NCBI GenBank assembly: GCA_951406725.2
Contig: OX597815.1
Coordinates: 132,804,001-132,868,000, forward strand
DNA length: 64,000 nt
Direction of reading: 5' to 3'
Origin: Octopus vulgaris
Taxonomy: Eukaryota
This document shows positions 52,304 to 64,000 of this stretch, one piece after another. A program made the translations under genes and the position numbers. Position 1 is the first letter of the stretch. Each line of letters starts with the position of its first letter. The notes beneath the pieces were generated by a model. The model was not told the origin of the DNA. It was given only the letters and a program-made list of their open reading frames with translations, and did no database searches.

Positions 52304-52864
52304 TACATACACATCAAAGACAGACTTACATGCTACGAGAACATTTTTTGACGATGAGCCTTCACACCACTGAATATCTGCAATGTTACACCAGCACCAT
52401 CATCTAATTTTGTTTTGGAATGGAAATGCACTCCTCAACAGTCTCGGGAGGAATCACGAACTGACTGGCTCTAATTTTTACAATAGTTTCATTGGTCAGT
52501 TATATCTCATGAGGCCTCTGTCTGCGTTCATCGTGTGAGGACGACATTTTGATGAAAAATGCATTTAATATAACTGGGAGCGCAGTTGCTATGGACGATG
52601 GCTGCTTGGAGTTTGAACTTTGTATGAAAATTGTTGTAACGAGTTGAATTCCTCACAGTTGCGCAGCTAGAGTGGAAAAACTGGGTCAAGTTTTTGGTGC
52701 AAGGCCAACATGGAGAAGGCCAGGGGCTGACACCTGATAATAGAACAGGTGGCCCATGAGGGTAGACCGGATGTAGTTACCTAGTTCAGAAGTGCATGAA
52801 TTGTAATAGAAACAGTACAGCAAAGAATCTAATTGTGTGAGAGAGTAAATTTAATATCCTAACT

Positions 52865-53256
52865 TACTCTATGTACAAGGCCCGAAATTTTGGAGGAGGT
52901 GGCCAGTCGATTAGATCGACCTCAGTACGCAACTGGTGGTTAATTTATCGACCTCGAAATGATAAATGGCAAATTCGACCTAGGTGGAATTTGAATTCAG
53001 AACGTACAAACAGACGAAATACATATTTCTTTACTACCCACAAGAGGTTAAACACAGAGAGGACAAACAAGGACAGACAAACGGATTAAGTCGATTATAT
53101 CGACCCTAGTATGCAACTGGTACTTATTTAATCGACCCCGAAAGGATGAAAGGCAAAGTCGACCTCGGCGGAATTTGAACTCACAACGTAGTGGCAGACG
53201 AAACACCGCTAGGCATTTCACCCGGCGTGCTAACGATTCTACCAGCTCACCGCCTT
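52865..53256 (-). mobile_element. Dimeric SINE B (tail 1 + tail 2)
   Basis: Same two-unit organisation as 27493-27883. Confidence 0.85.
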
Positions 53257-54473
53257 AGAGCAAATATAATATTGGCAGTGAACTTACATGGTAGGCATAT
53301 TATATAAACTATAATCACGGATTTGAAGGATGTACGAATGAAAGAATAACTAAAAGTAATGTATACTGTAGGTTTCGAGAAATTACATTGAACTGTATCG
53401 GAAAAAACAGTTTTTGATTGATATTTATGTAATACCTCATATAGATTAGAGCGAAAGTATAAAGGTTGGAGATTATTAGAAATAATTAATCTTACTAGCA
53501 ATGTTGATTCTAGCTTATTGCATGAGAGGATAAAGTAGATAGAGGAAGAAAAAAATGAAAGATCATGAAAGAGAATCATCAATATTAATCATTATTATTA
53601 ACACAAGTATGCACTTTAGGATTTAATAATATCTGGACAAAGGTAAAGGAAAAAGGAGTGTGCCGAGCGACATTGAGAGGTAGCAAAGCGAGAGAGAGAG
53701 AGGGAGTTGGGAAAGAGGAGGAAAGGAAACAGAAGCGTACAACAGTCTTCAAAGATGTATATAAATGATTCAACGTCGAAGGATTACATGATACAAGCTC
53801 AAGAGAATTGCTTTTAAAATCGAATGTTACATTAGCAAAGATACTCAACAACTGAAAAGAGTTTTCTAGTATTGATCGTTGTGGAAATCTGAAGAAAACC
53901 TGAATGCAGCATTAAAATCAGCGGCACTATTTCTTACTGACATGTGGATGTGTGATTTTCCCGTACAACCGATACATCTATTTAGGTCTCGATAAATCTC
54001 ATAGCAGCTTTATAACAAATGATTTTGTGAAATAAGGTTGTCAAGCAGAATATAATGGATATTCTTTATTTTGTTGGGGATTATAAGCCTAAAGAAAGAT
54101 ATGTAGCTCGAGTGGGAAGAATGTTATACATTATATAAAATAAAATTCAATAGATTTCTTAGTAACGATGCATGAGACCATATGGGAAGCATTACTATAC
54201 TAATAGAGTGGCGAAGTGTAAAGAATATATTTACAGAGGGAAAGAATAAACTTTTGGGAAAATATTTTCTGATTGCCGGAAAGCAATATTTCAATCTAAT
54301 CCTATGTTTGTAATCCGATGGCTTTACAAACACGGGACATGTTTTCTCGGGCACAATAAGATTGCGAACATATGTATCATCTAGCTCGTAAAATAAAAGG
54401 CATTTACTAACAGATTCAATGTCTTGATACTAAAATCTCGTGAATTAGTGCTTATATGACTATAAATATAAAT

Positions 54474-54574
<101 letters not shown>

Positions 54575-54705
54575 GGTTAGCTGAGTTAGAAGTTAAAATA
54601 ATCGTCTAGAAGTATCCATTATACTACCGGTATATTACCTATGTTTAACCCTGGTATTACATATGCAAGTATATCATGTTCATAAATTATAGGTAAAGAC
54701 ATGAC

Positions 54706-55677
54706 AATAAGCAACAAGGATATCTAGAGGTAATGCAGTACGATCGTTTCGTGCAACTCCATTTAATTTAATCTAGGCAGTAAGATCTGCCTAGATTATA
54801 ATTTTATTAATATACAATTAGCATGTTCCTTTACATCAATGCTACTTTATCAATACCAGTATATACCAGTTAATCAATATTCACAGATATCATCTGATGA
54901 GTTAGTATTTAAGTGTACAATATGTATAAATATTAAACTATTTCTGGATAATTTCTTTTCCTCCTTCTATAGTGGTAAATGTTTGGTATATACTCAAAAG
55001 TATTCATAAATTTCTGTCCTTTTGTTATAATATTCTTCTTAATAATCCTTTGACTAACCCTAAACTTTAACTGTATACAATATAGCAACATTGTTTAAAA
55101 TATTTAACTATAGTACTACATGATAAGACTTCCTCTGTTTCATTATCAATGGTCTGCTAGTGGGCAACCCCCTTAATTATCAGCTAACATCTTCTTTTAA
55201 GTTTTCCTTTACCAAAATTCATGATATTGCTTCTAATAAATCTTTATTTTTATGACTACACCAAATATGATATCTGTCTGCTCATTCAGCCCTACCCCTA
55301 ACAGATACTGCCTTCTGTTCTCTCAGCCTTAGATATACAAGAGATTTGATAAACTAGTCTATAAATTAAAACTGACCCCATAAAAGCAAAAAAATCAGTG
55401 ACAGGCAGAGTCTGTAACAATGTATATCTTGAAAATTCAGTAACTTCTAAACTGAAGTGAGGCAGCATGTTCTTTGTCTATCTCCTTAACTTCTTGGATA
55501 TTTTAGATATAATTATACTAATGTGTCCATCTGTTCTAATTTAATTAGATTCTATGTCGTTATGCAACTGAAGATTGCTCTGCATTTTAAATTGATTTAA
55601 TGATTGCATTGTTCAATTAAATGGAGTTGCATGAAACGATCGTACTGCATTATCTCTGGATACCCTTGTTGCTTATA
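54706..55677. mobile_element. PLE-like relic with inverted terminal copies of a hammerhead-containing repeat
   Basis: 54706-54768 is the reverse complement of ~55614-55676; both carry GAAAC-GATC-GTA-CTGCAT. Confidence 0.6.
55562..55650 (+). ncRNA. Type I hammerhead motif with a long stem II (family H5)
   Basis: ATGCA(a)-CTGAAGA (55568-55574)-long imperfect stem II-GAAAC (55633-55637)-palindrome ACGATCGT-A-CTGCAT. Confidence 0.62.
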
Positions 55678-55765
55678 TTGATTTTAATCAGCTTATTTTG
55701 AAATTGTATGGATAATACCGTACCTAAATTCTGATGCCTCAACTTAAGTACCATGTTCATCTGAA

Positions 55766-55808
<43 letters not shown>

Positions 55809-56051
55809 CAAAGTATAATTGGAAGGTTCCACACGAGTGAAACTACATAGGGAAGAGCATTTGAAAATGTAGAGGTAATTTAAAGATGTTTGACCAGTTT
55901 CACTTTTTTTAAGGCTATGTTAACATCTATGTTAACCATTTTAACACCACAAAGGCTAAACAAAGTCTTACATTTAACTTTTGAAAATATTTTTTAAAGA
56001 AATTAACACCAGTCAAGTTAAAAGTCCTCTGCATTTTCAAATATTCTTCTT

Positions 56052-56103
<52 letters not shown>

Positions 56104-56276
56104 ACACACGTACACACCCATATATATTTGTGTATGTATGTATGTAGTATAGTATAGAGGCAAGAGGTGAAATCCAGAGATGCTCAATATAACAAGCAAA
56201 AACATGTCGTAGCGCAGTAGTGCTCAAATGATTTCAACTTACACCTGTATATAAAATATACAAATATACATACACA

Positions 56277-56436
56277 GGCACAGGAGTGGCTGCGTGGTAA
56301 GTAGCTTGCTTCCAAACCACATGGTCCCATGTTTAGTGCCACTGCATGGCACCAAAGCAAGTGTCTTTTACTATAGCCCCGGGCCGACCAAAGGCTTGTG
56401 GGTAGATTTGGTAGATGGACCTGAAAGAAGCAAGTC

Positions 56437-56479
<43 letters not shown>

Positions 56480-57198
56480 TATACATATCCATGTATATGT
56501 TTGTGTGTCTGTGTTTGTCCCCCCACCATCGCTTGACAACCGATGTTGGTGTATTTACGTCTCCGTAACTTAGCGGTTCGCGGCAAAAGAGATCGATAGG
56601 ATAAATACTAGGCTTACAAAGGAAAAAGTTATGTGGTCAATTTGTTCGACTAAATGAGGTGCTCCAGCATGGTTGCAGTCAAATGACTGAAATAAATAAC
56701 AGAATAATAAAATATATACATGTTAATTTATAGAGAGGGATATATAGTGAGCAAAACAAAAGCTGAAAACATTCCGCTGAACATTCTTTTATATACTCTT
56801 TTACTTGTTTCAGTCATTTTGACTGCGGCCATGCTGGAGCACCGCCTTTAGTCTAGCAAATCGACCCCGGGACTTACTCTTTGTAAGCCCAGTACTTATG
56901 CTATCGTTCTCTTTTGCCGAACCGCTAAGTGACGGGGACGTAAACACACCAACATCAGTTGTCAAGCAATGCTAGGGGAACAAACACAGACACACAAACA
57001 CACACATACACACACATATATATATATACATATATACGACAGGCTTCTTTAGTTTCCGTCTACCAAATCCACTCACAAGGCATTGGTCGGCCCGGGGCTA
57101 TAGCAGAAGACACTTGCCCAAGATGCCACGCAGTGGGACTCAACCCGGAACCATGTGGTTGGTTAGCAAGCTACTTACCACACAGCCACTCCTGCGCC
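56277..57198. mobile_element. Tail-to-tail pair of full-length SINE C copies (56277-56700 +, 56797-57198 -)
   Basis: Both match 23336-23712; about 100 bp apart. Confidence 0.9.
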
Positions 57199-57211
57199 TA
57201 TGCATATACAT

Positions 57212-57631
57212 TATTTATTGCCCATAGGGGGCTAAACATAGAGGGGACAAACAAGGACAGACAAAGGCTTTAAGTAGATTACATCGACCTCAGTGCGTAA
57301 CTGGTACTTATTTAATCGACCCCGAAAGGATGAATAGCAAAGTTGAACTCGGCCATTCAACTCAGAATTTGAACTCAGACCGTAACAGCAGACGAAATAC
57401 CTATTTCTTTACTACCCACAAGGGGCTAAACACAGAGAGGACAAACAAGGACAGACAAACGGATTAAGTCGATTATATCGACCCTAGTACGTAACTGGTA
57501 CTTATTTAATCGACCCCGAAAGGATGAAACGCAAAGTCGACCTCGGTGGAATTTGAACTCAGAATGTAGCGGCAGACGAAATACCGCTAAGCATTGCGCC
57601 CGGCGTGCTAACGATTCTGTCAGCTCGCCGC
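57212..57631 (-). mobile_element. Dimeric SINE B (tail 1 twice)
   Basis: Central domain and tail 1 are both repeated. Confidence 0.82.
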
Positions 57632-59286
57632 CCCATATTATAGATATTTATACATTAACAGAACAGATTTACATGGAGTACAATAGATACAGAAAAGTAA
57701 GAGGAGAGGGCATGGTATTTCAGATCCGACTTCTGCTTCTGGGAGCTTGAAATTACGTAATAGTTGTAAACTTAGCAGATGGAGTGTGCCAAAAGTTAAG
57801 GATATGTAACAAGTGGTGAATGCATATAAACTTTACCGTCAACCTGGTCTATGTACGTATGCTTGTATTTAAATACACCTTATACACACACATACAAAAA
57901 TATTAATGCGTATGTAAGTCAGTGCTAATGATAACATCTCAGTACAAACTGTCGCATTTTCATGCGGTAAGCGACTACACACCGGCATCCCTACCAAGCC
58001 TGTTTATATCGAAGGTTTTCAATGTATACTCTGGGGGACGGAAAAAGCAAAACCTCTCAAGAGGCAGACAAGCTCACTGCATTCAAGGGCCATCCAACAG
58101 CTGGCAGTGAGAGAGCCTTGGTTTTTGTCTAGACATCTGTGAAAGGAAATCTCTAAAGTACCACATATTGTTTGTAGGAAATGATAAAGACTGGTTCTTC
58201 GTTTCGAGCAAATGAATTTATTGTTAAGAAAATGGTATTGACCCTGTACAAGATATTTCCTTGCTTTAAAATACTTGAAGCACAAACATGGCTTCATTTT
58301 TAACATTTTTATTATTATTTCAATTATGTGGTGGTGCGAACTAGGGCACTAGATGGTAGAACGCTATTATGTCATCACGAAATATTCCATGTTGGAAGAA
58401 ACGCATATTTCAGCGTGGGTAGTAAACTCTCTGAACACCTATGCCCCCATCATTTCCAATCCATGGAATAGAGTCTGATTTTGCAACAGGAATGAACGAC
58501 CACATATGCGATGCAGACTTTTAAATGAACAATCAAGCGATGGTATTGAAGCCATATGTATGTTCATACATACATACATACATACATACATACATACATA
58601 CATACATACATACATACATACATACATACATACATACATACATACATACATACATACATACGTAGGTACGAACGTACAAACAGACAGACAGATTGGCGGG
58701 CGGGCGGACGGACGGACAAACAGGTAGATGAAATTTTTTTAACGTACGTATTGGTGTGCATATATGTTTGTCTGCCTAGCTTGCTAAAGCGTAACTAAGA
58801 ACATCCGATTGTGCAATTCATTATTCACCCTCATTAAATATCTAACAGATTGACGCAAATATGCTCGTCTATCCGACTTAGAAAATCACTACAGGAAACC
58901 TGATATCTATGCAATAAATAAATACCGACTTTCGAATTTACAGTCGAGGGAAAATATTTAGCGTCGACATTTAATGTTTCTTATCAACATTAGGGATTCA
59001 CTGCAGAACAGCAATTGAGAACTGTATACGACGATGCAATTTGAATACCTGCGACAAGTAATGGTCGGAGGTTTCGAGTGAGAAATAGGATTTCTCTTTT
59101 TCTAACTTCATCACTCTTTATTATCAAACTCTCTACTTTCGATTAAAATCATGTAAATGTGCTTCGGGAACTGACTCAATTATTCGCATGGCATTAATTC
59201 AAATGAAAGTGATGAGTCACCACATTCCTGCAAATAGAACTTAATAGAAATTGAAATTTTCACCTTTACACACACATACACACACA

Positions 59287-59345
<59 letters not shown>

Positions 59346-59753
59346 GCTCTTACACACACACTCTCTATCTATCTATCTCTCTCTCACACGCGCGCGCACA
59401 AACACACACACAGAGTTGCTGAAAGAAACAAAACCAAGGCGCTAATTGTTTTGCATTGATAATTCAACGAGATTTTTATGTTTTTCTCCAATTAATTAAC
59501 AAACTTAAATTAACCCACAATTTCGACGGTTTCTAATACAGTATTTAATACGTCCCCGCTTGAAATTTTTTTTATTGTGATTCTTTTTCATTTATCTTGC
59601 ATTTGGAGCCATTTCGAAGACCAGTAAATGGTAAAGTGTATTTAAGTTAGCAAAAGTAATCAGGTGACTTCTAATCAGCTTGGAGGGTACAAATGCTACG
59701 GAATATTGTGCATCTAATGTGTCTTACATACATGTACATATACATTAAAAAGA

Positions 59754-60074
59754 GCACTCCGTCGGTTACGACGACGAGGGTCCCAGCTGATACGATCAAT
59801 GGAACAGCTTGTTCGTAAAATTAATGTGCAAGTGGCTGTGCACTCCACAGACACGTGTACCCTTAATATAGCTCTTAAGGAGATTTAGCGTGACACAGAG
59901 TGTGACAAGGCTGGCCCTATGAAATACAGGTACTACTCATTTTTGCCAGCTGAGAGGACTGGAGCAACGTGAAAAATAATGTGTCTGGCTCAAGGACACA
60001 ACGCGTTGCCGAGAATTCAACTCACGACCTTACGATCGTGAGTCGAATGCCCCAACCACTAAGGGTCGCGCTTT
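59754..60074 (-). mobile_element. SINE family A, head 2 + tail Y
   Basis: Homologous to 9271-9590. Confidence 0.82.
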
Positions 60075-60183
60075 CACACACACACACACATATATGTATA
60101 TGTATGTATGTGTGCGTGCGTGTATACACACTAACTCGCACGCATATATATATATATATCTTATTATAATATATATATATATA

Positions 60184-62189
60184 TCTTATTATAAAAGGCA
60201 GATTTTATCTGCCTCCCTTTGTCTCTTATAGAAATCTACAATATAGGATTTCTTCAATTACAATTTACCTAGCATTTTTAAGAGTAGAATGCATCGGGTC
60301 GTGCCAGGTCCAGTTTTTAAAATTTCAACCCCAATTAAGCAAAATTTAGAGAAAACTCACATTGTGGTGTGTAAGTCAAGTGCTTTTCTTAGTGTGGGCT
60401 AGAGCATACGCACACACACACACACACAAAAACGGAGCGATCTGATTCACTCACGCTATCACTCTAATTTCTACTACTTTCTCTTTGCAAGTGTGCAACG
60501 ATTAAAGTGAAACTATTTAGCAAACAGAAACAAATAAATACATAACGATTTACTCCTCACACAATTTCTTCAATTAGAGTTTACCCATGATTTTTCAAAG
60601 TACTTCCATTGGGTCATGCCATACAGAATTTCTTTCAATTTTACCCCAATTAAGACAAAATTCGAGAAAACTCAATATTTTAACATTTCACTCCGAAAGC
60701 ATTGATGTACATGTGTGCGTGCGTGAGTGTGTGTGTGTGTTTGATGGGATTCACTCTTTCACTCTGCATTCCCACTTCCTCTTTACACACATAGACACGC
60801 AAATATATAAATAAAATTGTAAGCTAACGTGTGTGTGTGTGTGTGTGCGTGTGTGTGTGTGAGTGTGTGTGTGTGTGTGTGAGGGTGTGTGTGTGTGTGT
60901 GCGTGTGTGACAGGAAAGTTTTTTAAATGTATTTATATATTCATCTATACACAGATGTATGTATAATGTGTGTGTATATATTTCCATAGAGGTAACCATT
61001 CACTCCGCACAAAGTTTTTTTAGGACGAAAATAACATCTAAACTTATCTCTAAGTAGCAGTCGCCCAAAAGTGTATATAGACACACACATGTATGTATAA
61101 TGTATGTGTATATATTTCCATAGAGGTAACCATTCACTCCATACAAAGTTATTTAGGACGAATTGGACGAATATAAGATCTAAAGTATATCCAAGTAGCA
61201 GAAAGATCGCCCAAAAGTGTATATAGATATTTAAATGTATTTATATATTCATCTATACACACATGTATGTATAATGAGTGTGTATATATTTCCATAGAGG
61301 TAACCATTCACTCCGCACAAAGTTTTTTAGGACGGACGAAAATCTTTATATATAAAAGAAAGGTTGTGTGTCTGTCTACTCCGATTTAGACTCCTAACTA
61401 CTCCCACATTTTGCGATGCAGTTTAACCAAAACCGAGTATCTTATAGTCGTGATTCATATCGAGCCCTTCTGGGTATTAGCGCGCGTCTACGATGAGTCT
61501 ACGATTTTACAAATAATTTACCATCATTTTCTCCCATTTTAATGCATATTTTTTTTAATAAAGGGAAGTAACTCTCAAACTTCACACCAATATGCGTGCT
61601 CATATGCGACGTAATATCACATCAACAGCATTTCCTCACACCCTCCTTGCACTTGGCGGAGGCAAAATACCAGGGGATGAAAATGGTAATATTGCCTTCG
61701 ATTCCATTTGTACCATTGTTAAGACGCCTTCTGATCTCAGAAATGCAGTGTTCCAAGATCTACAAGCTAATTATCAGAATATGGATTGGATTGGCCAAAA
61801 GGCTATACTGGCCCCGAGGAATAAAACTGTTCACCATATTAATGATGAAATGATAAAACTCATTCCTGGGGAAGTCTACGTATATCAGTCTATCAATACA
61901 ACTCCTGACCCACAGGACGTCATCAACTATCCAATAGAGGTACTCAATTCCTTTGAGCACCCCGGACTAACACCACACATTCTCAAACTTAAAGTCGGTG
62001 CCCCTATAATGCTCATCAGAAATTTGGTTCCCCCAAAACAATGCAATGGCACACGTTTGATCGTTAAGTCCTTATCTCCCAGCGTAAACTTATATCAATA
62101 TTTGCCTGAATAATCATCATAATTCAGTGCAATCATTAACAGTACTTTCAAGCAATTCAGCCCCGAGCAACGCCGGGCAATTCTGCTAG
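60184..62189 (+). mobile_element. Composite Helitron (outer 5' TC end at 60184, inner 5' TC end at 61343, shared 3' hairpin + CTAG)
   Basis: A|TCTTATTATAAAAG and A|TCTTTATATATAAAAG starts; 3' CCCGAGCAACGCCGGGC..CTAG|T. Three internal diverged repeats at 60956-61335. The outer 5' end is less certain. Confidence 0.75.
61592..62113 (+). pseudogene. Helitron RepHel Pif1-family helicase fragment
   Basis: KAILAPRNKTVHHIN, YPIEVLNS, PHILKLKVGAPIMLIRNL, CNGTRLIV. Confidence 0.9.
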
Positions 62190-62356
62190 TATATATATAT
62201 AATGAATTTGTGCTGCAACAACAACAACATGAACGAACACACAAACAGAGAAAGGTACAAGAACATTATCAGAAGGTCAAGAACACCAGCAGCAGCAGAG
62301 GATAAAGCGTAGGTGAGGGGAGGATCAAAGCATCACTCAGAACATCGATGATAACA

Positions 62357-62754
62357 TCTTTATATATAAAAGTGAGGTTGTGTGCTGTCTGTCTCCTACG
62401 ATTTAGATTCCTAACTACTCCCACATTTTGCGGTGCAGTTTAACCAAAAGCGGGTATCTTATAGTCGTGATTCATATCGAGCCCTTCTAGATATTAGCGC
62501 GCGTCTACGATGAGTCTACGATTAAAAAAAAAATTTACCATCAATTTCTCCCATTTTTAATGCATTTTTGGCATATATAAGGGAAGTAACTCTCTAAAAG
62601 TTTATTATTAAATCTCAGAACGTAAAAAGCTACAGTAACACCCCCCACCTTTGTGGTTAGCCATATTGAGATGGCTATTATACTTTACATCTCTAAAAAT
62701 GCTTATATAGTTATTTCCCTTACAAACCCGAGCAACGCCGGGCGATACTGCTAG
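62357..62754 (+). mobile_element. Non-autonomous Helitron (398 bp)
   Basis: A|TC...hairpin CCCGAGCAACGCCGGG..CTAG|T with no TSD. The first ~235 bp match 61343-61575. Confidence 0.9.
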
Positions 62755-62884
62755 TTTAAAATAATATAAAGGACGCAAACCCATATAGACACACGTGAAA
62801 CATATAGACACGCACACACACACATACACACACGCATGCACAGACACACACATACACATACACAAATACAGACGCAAATGCATG

Positions 62885-63273
62885 CGCATATAAGAATACC
62901 CGCGATAGAACAAAATGGACTAAGCGGAACTGGAGCATAAACGAGGACAGAAAGTTTCACTGAAGAGTTTACAGGTGTATGAAGAAATATTTCCGGACAA
63001 TGAACATCAACTGAAATAAGAACAGTAATAAATGTATGAAGAACGAATATATTGTGCGTCCCAACCTAAAACTTTTCTCTATCATCTTATTTATTATCCA
63101 TGATGGGACATTTTGCATATCCCTCATCTTTAAGTCACAGCGTTTTTACTCCTTTTTGTTTTTGAAGTCCAATACCTGCATGACAAATCGTTGTAGATTT
63201 AATTACAAGCCCGTCAGTTTTTACCGGTACTATACCAGTACGTGTGTGTGAAAGAGAGAGTGTGAGAGAGAGA

Positions 63274-63309
<36 letters not shown>

Positions 63310-63720
63310 CTGTCTGTCTGTGTGTCTGTGTGTCTGTGTCTGTGTGTTTGTGTGTATGTGTGTGTGTGCGTGTGTGTGTGTGTGAGTGTGTGTGTGTGTG
63401 TGCTGCCCATCTTCATAAATACTTGCATGCAAATATAACTACAGAGGCAAGAATTCCTATAGCTATACAGACTAGAATGAAGTAATCACAAACTATATAA
63501 CTCATACAAAGGATTTATGTATTAAATCAATTAACTGTGTAATGGCCATCAAATAGGAATCCATTACTGCAGTGAAGATATTAATTGTCAACAAAGAATG
63601 TATGTTGGAAGTTACATGCGATAAATGGTTCAATCATTCTATCGGTTTGACAACTGATTCAGAAATGCTATTATACCAATAATCAGTGAAATACTTTGTA
63701 CAGAGAAACAATTTAAATAA
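62885..63720 (-). pseudogene. Possible decayed LGR/GRL101-like GPCR 7TM region, split by a (CA)n tract
   Basis: VFH*(W)..IGIIAFLN (TM1-like), LLTINIFTAVMDSYLMAITQLID (cf. TM2 NL..AD.LMG.YL..IA..D), [15 protein letters not shown] (TM3-like), with hydrophobic TM5/TM6-like segments at 62885-63050. Confidence 0.4.
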
Positions 63721-64000
63721 TAACTCGTTGAGTTTCCATTGCTTGAATATCAATTTTGTTATCAATAGGGTGCTATCCGTTGCTAATAGAGAATAAGACG
63801 AAAGAGGAAGAAGATTTTAATTTCTCGTTTAATGCGTTTAGATATAAATATAAGCATAAAATTATGTCTAAAATTCCAAGCTGCCCACTAATATGTAGCA
63901 ACATGTGAACCCAAGACAATTTATGACCTCAATAAAGTTTTAATCTCTAATTCCTAACGACTAACACTACGAACATATAGCCCCTGTATATATATAAGCA

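Noticed and set aside
53300-53770. Possible RTE 3' remnants here and at ~25900-26300 and ~39500-40000
   Set aside because: Only vague motif resemblance; too decayed to support without a search.
60956-61335. CRISPR-like repeat-spacer array
   Set aside because: Three long diverged units with related spacers inside a Helitron, in eukaryotic context with no cas genes.
61592-62113. Host PIF1 helicase gene
   Set aside because: The fragment is enclosed by Helitron termini, lacks the N-terminal helicase motifs and has no exon structure.

Overview
AT-rich, microsatellite-saturated eukaryotic DNA with no intact protein-coding gene. The SINE families and repeat style suggest an octopus/cephalopod intergenic or intronic region (inference). 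Nearly all listed ORFs are microsatellite artefacts. Real content: (1) a disrupted Tx1/L1-clade LINE (3.65-7.44 kb); (2) several R4/Dong-type restriction-like-endonuclease LINE relics and a ~550-bp non-autonomous element nested in (TAA)n (17.8-25.5 kb); (3) dozens of tRNA-derived SINEs of about three families that swap heads and tails; (4) mariner, DD37D/maT and Hsmar1-like MITE relics; (5) Helitrons, one with a Pif1-helicase fragment; (6) two probable decayed class A GPCR pseudogenes. The most striking signal is about 8-10 type I hammerhead-ribozyme motifs from at least five unrelated short elements embedded in (TA)n. Most have the palindromic helix III typical of Penelope-like-element (PLE) hammerheads, and the best one (31788-31836) looks essentially intact. 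A recent 340-bp inverted duplication splits a SINE at 41.0-41.8 kb. All family assignments come from motifs read by eye; no database search was run.
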